A stretch of 59,555 bases of DNA, filler included, from Globobulimina sp. (lineage: Eukaryota): assembly GCA_003354225.1 (NCBI GenBank). It is 10 parts of 10 records of this genome, joined end to end, with 100 filler letters (N's around TTAATTAATTAA, not from the genome) between each part and the next. Parts side by side here need not be neighbours in the genome. Positions count along the whole stretch, not along the records: positions 1 to 5,887 come from PIVH01000411.1; positions 5,988 to 11,872 come from PIVH01000413.1; positions 11,973 to 17,854 come from PIVH01000414.1; 7 more parts are not named here. One strand, written 5' to 3'. The notes under the pieces are model-generated. The model saw nothing but the letters and a program-made list of their open reading frames with translations, searched no databases and was not told where the DNA came from. The first letter of the stretch is position 1, and each line of letters begins with the position of its first letter. Positions 1 through 12,456 of this stretch are shown here, piece by piece. A program made the position numbers and the translations under genes.

Positions 1-1
1 T

Positions 2-208
2 CACAATATTATTAAGACAGCAGATAATAAATATTATTTATGGGGATATAATGGATATAATCAATGTTTATATGTTCGTGATGCCAATCCGCCAGAATAT
101 ATTAAGAAACCATTATTATTTAATTCAAATTATTTTGATACAGATGAAGAAATTCTTGAAATGTATCCTGGATTTAATGAAACACGAATAATAATTTGTA
201 AAATTTAA
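2..208 (+). CDS. 3' fragment of an RCC1/BLIP-II-repeat-like protein
   Basis: Open frame from the contig start: HNIIKTADNKYYLWGYNGYNQC...EMYPGFNETRIIICKI*. H-x-x-x-x-T-x-D-x-K-x-Y-x-W-G-x-N-x-x-x-Q-C resembles the RCC1 repeat consensus. Confidence 0.55.
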   Translation, partial: HNIIKTADNKYYLWGYNGYNQCLYVRDANPPEYIKKPLLFNSNYFDTDEEILEMYPGFNETRIIICKI

Positions 209-297
209 ATGAAGATGAAAAAAAAATTAAGTGACATTTGAATTTTGGTTGTTTTCATCAACTGCTTTAGAATAAAATAAAAATAAAAATAATAAAA

Positions 298-356
298 GTG
301 ATTGGGATTTGAACCCAAATCTTGTTCATAAGATGCTTTCTTTGAGCTATCATCAC
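298..356 (-). ncRNA. degenerate tRNA-like element (tRNA pseudogene or SINE head)
   Basis: Minus strand reads GTGATGA TAGCTCAAAGAAAGC ATCTT-ATGAAC-AAGAT TTGGG-TTCAAAT-CCCAA TCAC TTTT. It has an A-box-like motif, a perfect T-arm with B-box GGTTCAAATCC and a T-run, but a non-canonical anticodon loop and short acceptor stem. Confidence 0.45.
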
Positions 357-382
357 ACTCAAATTCTTTAAGCCCCAAACAA

Positions 383-476
383 CACTGCAGTCACAACTAT
401 AGACCTAATTTTCATTGCGGTGGTCGGATCAATAGTCAATAATTGTATCATTAGGTCAATGGTTGTGTCTGCAGTG
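383..476. mobile_element. 94-bp MITE with CACTG...CAGTG imperfect terminal inverted repeats (CACTA/CMC-like ends)
   Basis: CACTGCAGTCACAACTATAGACCTAAT at 383 matches the reverse complement of ATTAGGTCAATGGTTGTGTCTGCAGTG ending at 476. A related copy lies at 11973-12388. Confidence 0.6.
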
Positions 477-864
477 GTTGTGACTGCAGTTGGTGTTCTC
501 AGTGCCAAATAAAAATTAAATTGGCAAACAAGTATCAAAATAAAAACATGTGTACATAAATATGTAGTTTGCCACCATGCATTTCAATTTATGGGAAGGA
601 AGGTGAAGGTCATTGTATATTGAACTGCGTAATCATGAGATTCAACGTATATTCATATTATATACAAGTTTTGAACAATTTAATATTTTATATTAACATA
701 TATATCAAATCAAAGTCTTTGTTTTTTCGACAGTGGAATACGATGAATGCTAAACGATTTAGGTTTGGCTGTTGCATCAAATTCATTTTCAGATTCACCA
801 ATCACTTTATCAGCCATATTATAATTAATTCGCTACATTTTATATTACAGAGCACATAATTTAA

Positions 865-1848
865 TTAATTCGCTACATACAAAATATGTTTACAATAAAT
901 CATCTTAACTTTTTCAGTCCGTCTTTTTCTTTTTTTTTTATTTCTATTACCATATTCGATATCATTTTTTGTTTGTCGTTCATAATAAGTCCGCGGTTTC
1001 CATTTTGTGCGACATGCGATTTTATTCCATTTTTGGCGACATGCGATGGCTGTTCTTTTTATTCCAAATTCATCCGAGATTTGTGCTGCTATTTTTTCCC
1101 AATCATTTGCATATTCCCCACGAAGCGCTCTTAATTTTTTTTCATGGAATTTATCCCATATAATATATGCTCTTTTTTTTATTTTTTTTTGCAACGATAT
1201 CGAAGCATTCTCAATTATTGGTATATCTGGTTCTGATTCGTGGTCATCACTTTGTTCACGTACAGCAACGGCAGAAACTGATTCAATATCCATATTTATT
1301 GCAGATTGTGACGTATTTGATGCTGCATTGTCTGGAATCGGATTATCGTTAATATGTTCAGAATAATTAAGTGTAACACAATTTGTATTATGATTACTGT
1401 TTGAATTGCATTCATATTTAATTGCTTGCTCCTTCTCCTCCTCCTCCTCTTCTTCACTCATTTCACTCATACCTTCGATCAACAGTCTCTTCGATACGTA
1501 TACATCTTCTTTAATTTTGGCAAATGCCTTTTCTTCTTTTATAGGCAAAACATGTGATGGTTCTGGTGTTATTACATTAATTCTATAATTTCGATTATTT
1601 GCCGCATGATCATGATCACAAAATATTCGATTGAACATTGTCAACATTTTAATACCATCAACACTGTCCGTTTTTATTTTAATCCCTTTTTCGATTAATG
1701 TCTCAACGCTGTCCCAAGTCGGTATAATTGATAATTTTTGTATGGACCCAAGTTTTAATCGCCTAAATTCTGCTTCATATTCTGATAAACCAAAGTCTGC
1801 CAAATGGGCCTTCAAATGTGGTGTTGGCTCACGACAATCAGAAGACAT
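865..1848 (-). CDS. Myb/SANT-domain protein with N-terminal SAM-like segment
   Basis: WDKFHEKKLRALRGEYANDWEKIAAQI...RTAIACRQKWNKI is a Myb repeat. LKAHLADFGLSEYEAEFRRLKL is SAM-like. The start is probably MSSD at 1848 and the 3' end may be spliced. Confidence 0.7.
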   Translation of the reverse strand: MSSDCREPTPHLKAHLADFGLSEYEAEFRRLKLGSIQKLSIIPTWDSVETLIEKGIKIKTDSVDGIKMLTMFNRIFCDHDHAANNRNYRINVITPEPSHVLPIKEEKAFAKIKEDVYVSKRLLIEGMSEMSEEEEEEEKEQAIKYECNSNSNHNTNCVTLNYSEHINDNPIPDNAASNTSQSAINMDIESVSAVAVREQSDDHESEPDIPIIENASISLQKKIKKRAYIIWDKFHEKKLRALRGEYANDWEKIAAQISDEFGIKRTAIACRQKWNKIACRTKWKPRTYYERQTKNDIEYGNRNKKKRKRRTEKVKMIYCKHILYVAN

Positions 1849-1963
1849 GTTTGCGTGTTTTTGATGAGCTAAAAAAAAAGTATAATATCGAGAAAAAAAA
1901 CAGTTAAATAAAGTGTGTTTATGCACATAATGAATAAACAGTATTTATAATGTCAAATGTCAG

Positions 1964-4655
1964 TCATTTAGCCTTCCAAAATGATAACAACGTTTTCTGG
2001 TTTGATGCATTGGAATTCTTCTTCTTTATTTTTCCTTTTTTCTTCACAGAAACTTTCGTTTTTGGATTGATTTTCTTCTTAAAATTCCTATTTTCCATTG
2101 CCATGTTACTCTTATTTTGTTTTATTGGCGGAGGACCATTCTTAAATTTGGGTGCCTTGAATTTAGGTTTCCTTTTTGGAACAAATGGTTTTGTATTCTG
2201 CTTTGGTTTCAAATTAGGTATAATCTCAATATCATCATCTTGCTCATTATCGGCGCCTTCCTTCATTTCCTCACTGTTTTGACTCTGTGATTGTGATTGC
2301 GAATATATGCCAAAATCCTTAACCATGTCTTCCATTTGTTTTTCGCTCTGACTCTGTGACAACGGACTATAAATCCGACCATTTCCGCTCACTTCGTCAT
2401 CAAAATTATTATAAATGGCATCGTTGCAATTCTTATTTGTATCATTTTGACCGAAATTACCCAACAATTTCTGTTTCTGTTTCCGTTCCATTGCCATATC
2501 ATTATCACTCTCATCGTCGCTGTCGCACATATTAATTGCTTTGATTTTGTTACGTTTGATAGAAAATGGATTCTTATTTGCCGCCTTTTTGCGGCTCGCT
2601 GTTGATTTAATATTTTCTTTATTTACTTTATTAGAACTACGCGGTTTGCTTTTTTTTGAAGAAAATAAATCAGAAATCAATGAATCAGCGTTGATACGCG
2701 ATGGCGTCTCGATATTTGTCGCTATTTTCCTTGCTATGAATTTAGTGCTCGGTGTGGCCACATCACGAGGCAAATTATCTTGTTTTTTCGTGGTATTATT
2801 ATTTAATTTCCGTCTCAATTTCCTTTGTGTATTATTTATATTTTTGAGCGGCGATTCCTTCATTGCGCTCCGTTTTCGTTTCCTATTTTTAGACGGCCGT
2901 AGCAATGGTTTATTGTCTGAATTGCCTCCGTCTTCTTCCTCTGAATTTGCTACAATTATCCCACTTTCATCCTTTTCATCAAAATTCAAAGTTGCCGCAA
3001 ACTCCGTATCCTCCGTATTATCGCTACATTATTACACAAATAATATACTAAAAACAAACAAAAAACACAAAACATACCGGTTGCATTCGTCAACATTCAT
3101 ATCGTCAAAGTCATGATTATTATTATTCGCATTGCCGGTATAACCAAACTGTGTCATCATATCATTCAAATTCGATTCTAATCCATCATCGCATTGCAAT
3201 TCCATGCGATTATCATTGTTACCAAAATATTTCTTCTCTTTCACTCTCTTATTCAGTCTTTTTGCTCTATTTCGGAATATATTATTCTCCGCCTTTGCTT
3301 TTGTTGAACTATTCGCAGCAAAAAACCGATTGCTATTTTTATTCTCATTCTCATCCTTATCATCATTCACATCGACAGTCTTATCATCAATTTTAAGATT
3401 GCGTTTTTTCAGCGAGCGAGCATCAATTTTGCCTTCGGCAATGCCCACAGCAGTCAGATCATCCACAGGCTTACCTAAAAAATGCAAGCTCTCATCATAC
3501 ACACTGGCATTCGCGCCCTTGTTCCTCGACAGATATTTCTTCAATTCCTCATAATAAACACTCAGATCACTCGACAATTGCAATGGGTTCAAATGAGTCA
3601 CTTTCTTGGTGTTGATGTCATAGACAGTCTGATGCAAAAACGTCAACACAGCGCGTTTAAAGCGGACCCGATAATCTTTGGGAGCACTCTGCCATTTCTC
3701 CGCCGTCACCTTTTGTAACAAAAACTCGCTCCGTCTGAAATCCGTGCAATACTTAACGGCGGTTTTCAGGCCAATGCCTGGCAAATTATCCACATAGTCG
3801 CAGCCGGACAGCACACAGACTCGGATAAATTCGCAAATGTCCTTTTTGAACCAATATTTTTTGAGAAACAGACATAAATCCATTTTCTTCTTCTTGTCTG
3901 ACATGTTTCTGTCCGGTTTGTACTGTCCGATCTTTTGCATGTTTATAAAGTCTCCGCTGGCCCTCTTCACATCAAATTTGTACAACGCCTTTTCAACACC
4001 AAACAGCAACAAATCGGAGTCTTCGGTGATGACAAAGTCGACCATGCCGTTTTTATACAGATATCCCAATTGGGAGTCGGCTTCGTACGGCGCACAGATA
4101 AATTGGATGTTGTGCTCCAGGCATTGCTTAATAAATTGGGTCACCATTTCCGCCGTGATTCGCACCGCCATCTGGGCGTGTTTCCAGGCATTGGAATGGT
4201 CGCCGCATTGCAGATATCTCAGTGTTTCTCGCTTATTTCTTTCGCGCACAGTGTTTCGTTTCAGTTCTTCGTTGGCTTTCATTGGTAACTGAGCGCCGTC
4301 GAAGACAATTATTGGAGTGATGTCCCAGTGTTGCAGCAATTGGATGCAATTTAGGGTAAATTTTAAGTATGCTCTGGTTGGTTTGTTGCAGACTAGCTTG
4401 AGAGCACAGGAATGTGCGGCACGATGCAACCTTTTTATATTATTTTTAATTGTTTATGTTTATATTTGATTTGATATGGAAATGTAGAATATACCAACAA
4501 GAAGCATCGACGCCACACTTTTGTCCACTTTTTAATTGTGTTTTGTGCGATTTATTATGAACAATGTGTGGTATATACATGACAAACCTCAAAAGAGATA
4601 GTGTAATATTTTCGGTGATTGGCCTTAGTTCTTTCAATAGATTAGTAATTCCCAT
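1964..4655 (-). CDS. EXO1: Exonuclease 1 (XPG/Rad2 family), multi-exon
   Basis: Spliced MGITNLL...GVDASCWLHRA, VFDGAQLPMK, APYEADSQL, ITEDSDLL, LSGCDY motifs. Short GT-AG introns near 4587-4530, 4495-4432 and 3077-3024. Long low-complexity C-terminus. Confidence 0.92.
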
Positions 4656-4846
4656 ATTAATTGATATATATTGTTGATTCAAGTTAAATTGGTACGGTTG
4701 CCATTGTCGCAAGATGTTGAAACTAAAATTGCGATCTTAAATTATTTATATTTGCCGCAATCGCCGCATTTTGTAGCATTGGAAGGAAACACTGAAAAAG
4801 TCATGCAAATATTGAAAATAATCGAATATTATAATTACAGCAACAA

Positions 4847-5887
4847 CTAACAATTCAGACATTTGATAAAATTAAACGAAATTAGCTCACTTTTGTTGGA
4901 CTCGACGCATTGTTTAATATAATCCCAATCGGCGGCCCTTCGATATCTTTGCTGTTTGGATCGTCCATGAATGCCAATCGCAGAGATTCCATCATTGCAC
5001 AACACATTAATCAGCTCTTTCGCGTTTGGCTCCGAATGAAAGAAACCCATTCGCATTTTGGCAGTGATGGCCACCGCACCTTTGGAGAATATGGATTTGT
5101 TCTCATTGCTCACAGCGTACATTCCACGCACAATACTCCTCAAATGATATGGTGACCGCATCAAAGCAGCTCCACACCGTTTATTATTAATTTCATCCAA
5201 CGGACAGCCCACATTCAAGTCAATAAAATCATATTTAAAATCCAGAGAATGGTGGCAATATTCCATTGTTTTGCAGACCGAATCCATAAAACCTGCCGCC
5301 AGCTGCAAACCAAATACTTTCTCAGATTCGTGCCTTCGACACAATGCCCATTCGCCGCGCATTCCTTTTAACAAATTGGTAGTCATTGCCATTTCTGCGC
5401 AGGTTATGTCTGCTCCGTATTCCACACAAATCCGTCTGAATGGTAGGTTTCCGACAGTTGTTAGCGGCGCCAAATATAATTTGTGTTTAACATCAAATTT
5501 CCGCGGCTCCAAATCGATTAAATTGAGGGAAGCATAATAATTTGGAATGGAATCACTGGCTGATTCTTGAAATAAATGCTCCAGTTTGCTGTCAGCCTCT
5601 TTTCTGTTTTTGAATGAAAACACATTTTGGAGCTTATAGTGGTTGCTTTCAGTGATTATCTGATCTTGTTCCCATTTGCTATAATCTGCAATGTGTTTGT
5701 TATTGTTATTCCTGTGCATATTTCTCCTTTTTGTTGGATGGTACAAATCATTAAACCGTTTGTAATATTTCATGCTGTGTTTGGTTGTAAAAATAATAAA
5801 ACTTACTTAACATTTGTTGTGTGATTGGGAATGGTTTGAAATTGTTTTGTTTTGTTTTGCTGAGCAACCTCGCATTTTTAGCTGTCA
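4847..5887 (-). CDS. DUS3: tRNA-dihydrouridine(47) synthase DUS3-like, 5' end off-contig and apparently C-terminally incomplete
   Basis: LYLAPLTTVGNLPFRRIC, GADITCAEMA, DFIDLNVGCP, HGRSKQQRYRRAADWDYI. Confidence 0.85.
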
Positions 5888-5987
5888 NNNNNNNNNNNNN
5901 NNNNNNNNNNNNNNNNNNNNNNNNNNNNNNNTTAATTAATTAANNNNNNNNNNNNNNNNNNNNNNNNNNNNNNNNNNNNNNNNNNNN
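5888..5987. other. artificial contig spacer (N44-TTAATTAATTAA-N44)
   Basis: Identical spacers at 11873-11972, 17855-17954, 23823-23922, 29785-29884, 35747-35846, 41707-41806, 47660-47759 and 53608-53707. The 12-mer gives stops in all six frames. Confidence 0.99.
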
Positions 5988-8900
5988 TACGGGAGATAAG
6001 AATTGCCTTCCTCCTTCCTGCAGCACCTGAATGTCATCAATCGCCGGTTGTAAAGTTTCATATAATTCTTTGAAAAATGCCTTATTCGCTAACTGTAACA
6101 TAGCAACATTTGTTTTCAAGGGTTGCAACATGAAAGATTATATATACTGAACTGGCGGGTACGGTATCAACGACAGTCCATTTTTATACATTTGATTGAC
6201 GAAGAAAGTGGATTCCTTCACTCCTCGCTCATTCATAATAACGTCTGATTCCTGCGCTAGTCGCTCAATATGGCGATTAAAATCTAGTTCGTGTCACAAA
6301 TAGAAAGCAATTACACTTTGCAATATGCAGAATTGGAGAGAAAATACCATGGACAGCGGCTTCAGCGCCGGTCTCAACCACATCTTTGATGACCAATAAT
6401 AATTCGCCTTGAAAACATAACTGTGAGCCAGACATAATTTTAACTCCAGATTGGAATTTGTTAAACATGTCTTCCACGGTTCTATCAAATCTATTGTCGC
6501 ATTTGAATATGGTGCAATTTGATACTGCAGAATTGAATGTCGCTAATAACATGTCTTCCTGCGGTGACCTTTCAAATGAGCCTAATCCTTCGAAATCACA
6601 CAGTATAAACAATATATCCTCAATAAATCTGGCAGATAACCATGAACCATCTGGTTATCAAAAGTAACATATTACAACAAAAACAACATTGAAAACACCA
6701 AACCTGTACATCTTCCACCAGAAATATCAAATTTTGTACCAAATAAATGGTTCAACATATACGATTTTCCTTTATTAACAACAAAAACAATGCAAACAAA
6801 AAATGAATATTAGTATGAAAATTAACCTGTCGATTGTTTCCCCATTGATGTAACAATTTTTATTTTACCTTCCCATGATTTAATTAATCCATCGTATGCA
6901 CCAAACCTTATCTCCTTACATAACTGATAGGGGTCGCCAGCTTTAATGTATTTCATTTGATCATCGGCTCCGTTGTACATTAATTGAAACTTATTATTTG
7001 CTCCGCGAGCAATCTGTATCGGCAATTGTATGATTACATTTTTCACAAAGTCAGCTCCGGTCAATGCTATTGGTTTATTTTTAATTGCTCGTAATACCGA
7101 CGCTATTGATTGCGAATCCTCATGGTTCAATACATTACATTTCCAATTAAGAAATGCAAAGTTTTTCTTTTCTTTTTGTTCCAATGATGTACAAATTTTG
7201 GCGGCAACTTGATCGCATAAATGCTTTGCATTGAAACTGTCGTCATCCTGCATCAAATATGTTGTATGAAAAGCTAATATGGCATCTTCCGGGAAAAATA
7301 CCGCAGCTCTCGACCCAAACTGAAATACATATTTTGTCTCAAAAATTGAATGGAAGCTGGATCGACAAAACATACCTTTTCTACCATATATTCCATATAA
7401 TCCAATTTTGTTATTTTCCGTACAGCTGTTTTCTTAGCTTCTCGTTTTATTTTCATGCGAGCCTCAGACACTGAAATATCCAACAAATGATACAATAATT
7501 GACATTCATTATCGATCGTACATACCACAATTTGATCTTTTTTAACTTGTTGGATTTTAATGCGCTTCAAATCAACATTGGTTAACAAAAACGTCTCCGG
7601 CAACAATGCATTGTCAACAAAAAATTCTAATTGGAATCCATCGTCCTCTTGTTTTGAATCTTGTAGTTGCATTTCGTAGCCAGTGCACGATTTATAAGTC
7701 ACTTTATACTCCAATTTCTTCTTCTCACTCATTAAAAATGCATGGATTTGAATTCTCCCCGTTGGATATTTCACATTCGTCAATGATTCGACATCTTTTA
7801 TCTTCGAATATAATCTAATCCAATATTTATACGGTATGTCCAATGTTTGCTGATTTTCAAACTCGTCATCAGACTCAACAATACAAATATTAATAATCTC
7901 AGCTTGTTTATTGATAATAGCAACTAATACCCAGTCGTTCCCCGATAAATCTTTAAAAGCAAAAGACGCTTTAAATCCATTTTCAATCTCTACCAATTCC
8001 TCTGCGTTTAATGCGGTCAATGATAAATCATCAGTTATTAACTGGCGTTGTGCTCTTTGTATCGTCGATAATTTATCTATGTCACTGGCATCCATATCAT
8101 CCAAATCTAATTCATTTAGTATCATATTTATATCGTCGATATATTCATATTGAGGTTTAATACCAAGCAAAAAGGAGCCAGTGGGAGGCACTAAATACAC
8201 ATTATATGCTTGATCCAATGTAAATCGCTTGGCAGTGTCCCATGAATTTGCATCGTAATCATAAGCGCGACATATATTATTCTCGTCAATCAAATAAACA
8301 AAAACATTCTTATTTATCTCTTGAATCAGCAATGCTTTAAACTGTAAATCCTCATCATACCATCTTAAATCATGCAATTCGCTCATTTTATTAGTAAATG
8401 ATATCCGTCCGCCATCCTGAAATATGCAGAAAGCCAACACACCGCCGGCAAATAGTATGGCGAATAACTTCTGCGATGAACAGTATGCCACCAAATGTAC
8501 TCTGTCCTTTTTTAATACGATCAATGGTTTGCTATCAAAGGTTAACGTTCGCGAACTTGAAACAATAATCTTCGTTTCAGACCTTTTCTTTTCATAATCA
8601 TCGGATTGAATGAACATAATACTGTCCCCATTCTTCATCATCTCATTAAAGATTATTTTATCGCTCCGGGCAATTTCATATTGCATATTGCGCATAATAT
8701 TGGTCCGGATCTCGTCCGTGAAAGCCGGCAAGTCAATGCTCACAAATTGCATATAATAGCTGGGTGCGATTGTAATTGGGGTTAAATATGATATGTCATA
8801 TTGGCCGTATTTCTCCTGATACATAAATTTTGACAGCGTAATAACTGCCATGTCACTGCTCTTAGTTTTGTCCTGTTGCGTTTCTTTCAGTTTGTCTTCC

Positions 8901-11872
8901 AAGTTATAAATAATTATTTGTTTCTCCTTCTTATACACTTCGCGAATTTCTGTCTCGAGATCAACTTTTATACTTTTGATGTTTAATATGGACGAATATC
9001 CGTACACATCCTGTTTATATTCACGCAGTGATTCTGTATACAAAGCAAACCATGTATCAATAGTCTCATTTTGCTGTTTTCTGAGTTCAATTTCCTCCTT
9101 ATTTTCCTTTTCAATGTCTAATATTTTCTGGTTGTAGTCCGTTATCAATACATTCAAGTCATTCTTCATTCGTTCTAAGATAATATCTCTCCACGAACTG
9201 TATTGCATTTGTTGTATATTTGACAATGAAGTATCGAAAATCTCATCCGTTTCCAAGTAAATATATTGCAAAGCTTCACGGTTATTTGCATCTAATTTAT
9301 CGCCCAACAGAGTGATGATTTTTTTTATTTCGTCATGACTTTCTTTACAAAATTTTTCTTCAGTATAAAAGTCATGAAATTCAAATAAAATCTCTCTGTT
9401 CCTCGCTAATAGAACCTTATCCGCTTCTTTTTTAATTTTAGATGGCTCAGTTTCTAAATCTTGCTTGGCTTCAATCTCTTTAATGGCGATATTAAAATTA
9501 TGAAATGCAGCGGGTGCGATGCATTCAGATAATAATTTAATTCCATTTGAACCTGAAAATGTATGATTCCATTTAATCATATTATTCTCATGCAATGCAC
9601 TTAAAAAATCGAACAATTCTTGCTTGGATTTAAAAGATTGATATATTTCTTCAGTTCCATCCCGCTGCGGCTGTCCATATAAATTGATGAAACCACTTAA
9701 CATCAAAAACACAAAAAACATATATTTTATCCTTGCACTGTTTCACAACAATTTTACACACAAAATTACTGCATTATATATACAAAAAAAATACCTCAAG
9801 TTATTGCCCCCAATTAAAAATGTGTCAGATGCATCGGAGTCCATATCCCGATTAATAATATCATTGTCATTCTCTTGATCTGCATCTGGATCATTCAATG
9901 ATTTCTGATGTCGCGTCTGCGTATTTGGCGGAGCAATTAAATGCTGATCCTTTAAACACACATCTTTGCAGTCACAATACGCGTCGTCCAAAGCAATCCA
10001 TTCATCGTATTCCGAGCCCCAGCCTGGATAATGAATATAGATCGACTCAATCATATCTTTATTCTCTTTGTTCCGCTTAATTTTCTTAATCTTGGCGATG
10101 AACCATCCACTATCCGAATAACAGTCGATTTTATCTCCCATTTCAAACTTCTTCCAATTCTCGCCATCGTTCGCCTTGGTGATAATCTGTAATCGCTTGG
10201 TTTCTTTGTGCTTATCCGAACACATGATATGGTTTGATTTGGTTTCTTCTAATTTAAAATTCAATTTCTGTCTTCTTCTCGCACCGCCACCACCGGACTG
10301 AGCTTGGTTTTTGTTTCTTTGCTCCACTTCCATCACTCCGAAGTCCTCCAATTCTTTCGACGACACTGGAATTAACACAGAACAGCTAATTTCATACAAG
10401 ACTCTGGTCAATAAACACGACGGATCCTTCCGCATAAACTTCACTTTCATGGCATTCATTCGGAAGGAATTTTTCAGGGATAGATAAAATAAATAAATCA
10501 CATGATTCCAATTTTTAATATTGTCGTTTTTATGCAAATTTACAGGGAGAATGGCATGGATCCCCGGCTGTAAATAATATGTATTCTCGTCGTCGTTGAT
10601 CAGTGCATTGAATAGTTGGTTGGAGATCGAGTTATATTTCCGTAACATATTCAAAACTTCTTCGCGCGAACCAAATAACCCGACTGTGGATATTTTGATT
10701 TTCTTTAATTTCTCGAAAAATATTTCTTTGCAGTTATATTTGGCTGCGGAAGGCATCAAAAAATTGATAAAACGTTGCAGGAAAACTGGATCTAAGATGC
10801 ATTTGTCCACTAATGAAGTTTGCTGGTTTTCCATTACAATTTGCGGCAAGGTGAAGATGATGAAATCTTTACAATTTATGCCAGAGTCATGCACTACGAC
10901 ACTGCCGTTGGTCGGAATGATTATCTTTAATTGCTCGTAAATATTTGGCCGCGGTTTCGAAATCGCATTGGATAAATGGTAAAAATTAGAGGTTATTTCA
11001 TCCAAAACTGGCGCCGAAGGCTTTCCTTTTAATTTAATTTCATTTTTGCCGTATTTCTTTTTCTCATTTTTAATATCATACGTTAATAACTTGAAAAATT
11101 TAAATATGGATTCCACATATTTCACATCTTCATTTTTGGTCATTTCACCTGTAATTTAGTGTACAGTGTGTATACAAATAAGTGTTTTTGTGTTTTTATA
11201 GTGCAAAAGTCCGAAAATATAAACGCAGGACACACCTAACAATCGTTCAAATTTATTATTTAAAATATCGTCCTGATTATCATTTGATTTTATTTTATTT
11301 AAAATACCATTCAACTCTCGAAAACTTTGTTTTTTTTTGTGTTCCTCCAATAATCCAATAATAGATCCCAACTCAATCAATTTGTGCTTAATAGTTTTGC
11401 CTTCAAATGACAAATTTGCCAATAATTTCTTCACATTTACGCTATCATTCATCTCCTCCTCCTCCTCATCCTCGGCAATATCCATTAAACCAAATTGAAA
11501 TTGTGTTTGTAAGGTCATCCCGGGCGTTTTAGCCATTTCCTCTTTTTTCTCCTCTTCCTCCCGCACTTTCTCAATGGATTTGGGCGTGGAGCCAACACGG
11601 ACGGTACGCATCGACTGTGTGCGTACAAAGAATTTATTCATTGGTTTACTCAAAGTATTCATATTCGGTTTACTTTTATTCTTAGTTACATTTAACTTCA
11701 TCGGTGTATAAAAATCGTTCGTTTTATCGATATAATTTAAGATATCAATGGGAGGCGCCTCATTTGAGCTCGTCACAGTTAATTTTAATGTTTTTAGCTC
11801 AGTCTGCGACATATCATCGATAGTATCATCAGTTGCGGCATTGCTATCAGACTGTTTACTATATGTCTAATC
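5988..11872 (-). CDS. giant multi-exon protein with a chromo/Tudor-barrel domain and a VLIG/GB1-RHD3-type GTPase domain (runs off the contig)
   Basis: ORFs 11156-11812, 9743-11143, 7274-9721, 6822-7373, 6277-6612 and 5988-6131 are linked by short GT-AG introns. The spliced G-domain reads KIVTSMGKQSTGKSYMLNHLFGTKFDISGGRCTDGSW...LCDFEGLGSFERSPQEDMLL. The barrel reads FEMGDKIDCYSDSGWFIAKI...IYIHYPGWGSEYDEWI. Confidence 0.75.
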
Positions 11873-11972
11873 NNNNNNNNNNNNNNNNNNNNNNNNNNNN
11901 NNNNNNNNNNNNNNNNTTAATTAATTAANNNNNNNNNNNNNNNNNNNNNNNNNNNNNNNNNNNNNNNNNNNN

Positions 11973-12388
11973 TCACAACTATTGAGCTAATTTTCATTGT
12001 GGTGATCGGACTTCAACTTTTGGAGTTAATCGCTCACCACAATAAACTGGAACGTTGTGAAGGTGCTGGGATATTCTCCTATTGATTATACCTCTATCCA
12101 AATAAAACGTATACCAAACGAAGTACACAATGACAACTGCCATAAAATATATGCTATAATATTGTGCTACTGACTATATATATAGCTTCGCTACTGCAAC
12201 CAAGTACAGTATTCTAAGCAAGCTATGAAGAATCGCACAGATTTAAAGTTTGAAAGAAGGCCGACGTCATTAGAATGAAGACGCACAGATACCGCGTTTC
12301 ATTGCTTTACCCTTATGACTTGATTATGGGAAATATGTTAAACAGTATATAAAGCAGTAATATTACTAATATAGTTGTGTCTGTAGTG
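11973..12388. mobile_element. non-autonomous TIR element with a CACTA end, same family as 383-476 (left end clipped by contig start)
   Basis: TCACAACTATTGAGCTAATTTTCATTGTGGTGATCGGA resembles 391-428. The right end ATAGTTGTGTCTGTAGTG has reverse complement CACTACAGACACAACTAT. Confidence 0.6.
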
Positions 12389-12456
12389 GAGTGCTGGTAC
12401 AATATTTTGAAAAATATGCATAAAGAGAATTTTAGGCATTACATAATAAATAAATG

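Noticed and set aside
886-4292. Many plus-strand ORFs antisense to the Myb and EXO1 genes (and similar antisense ORFs throughout)
   Set aside because: Shadow frames of real genes, rich in F/L/S, with no motifs.
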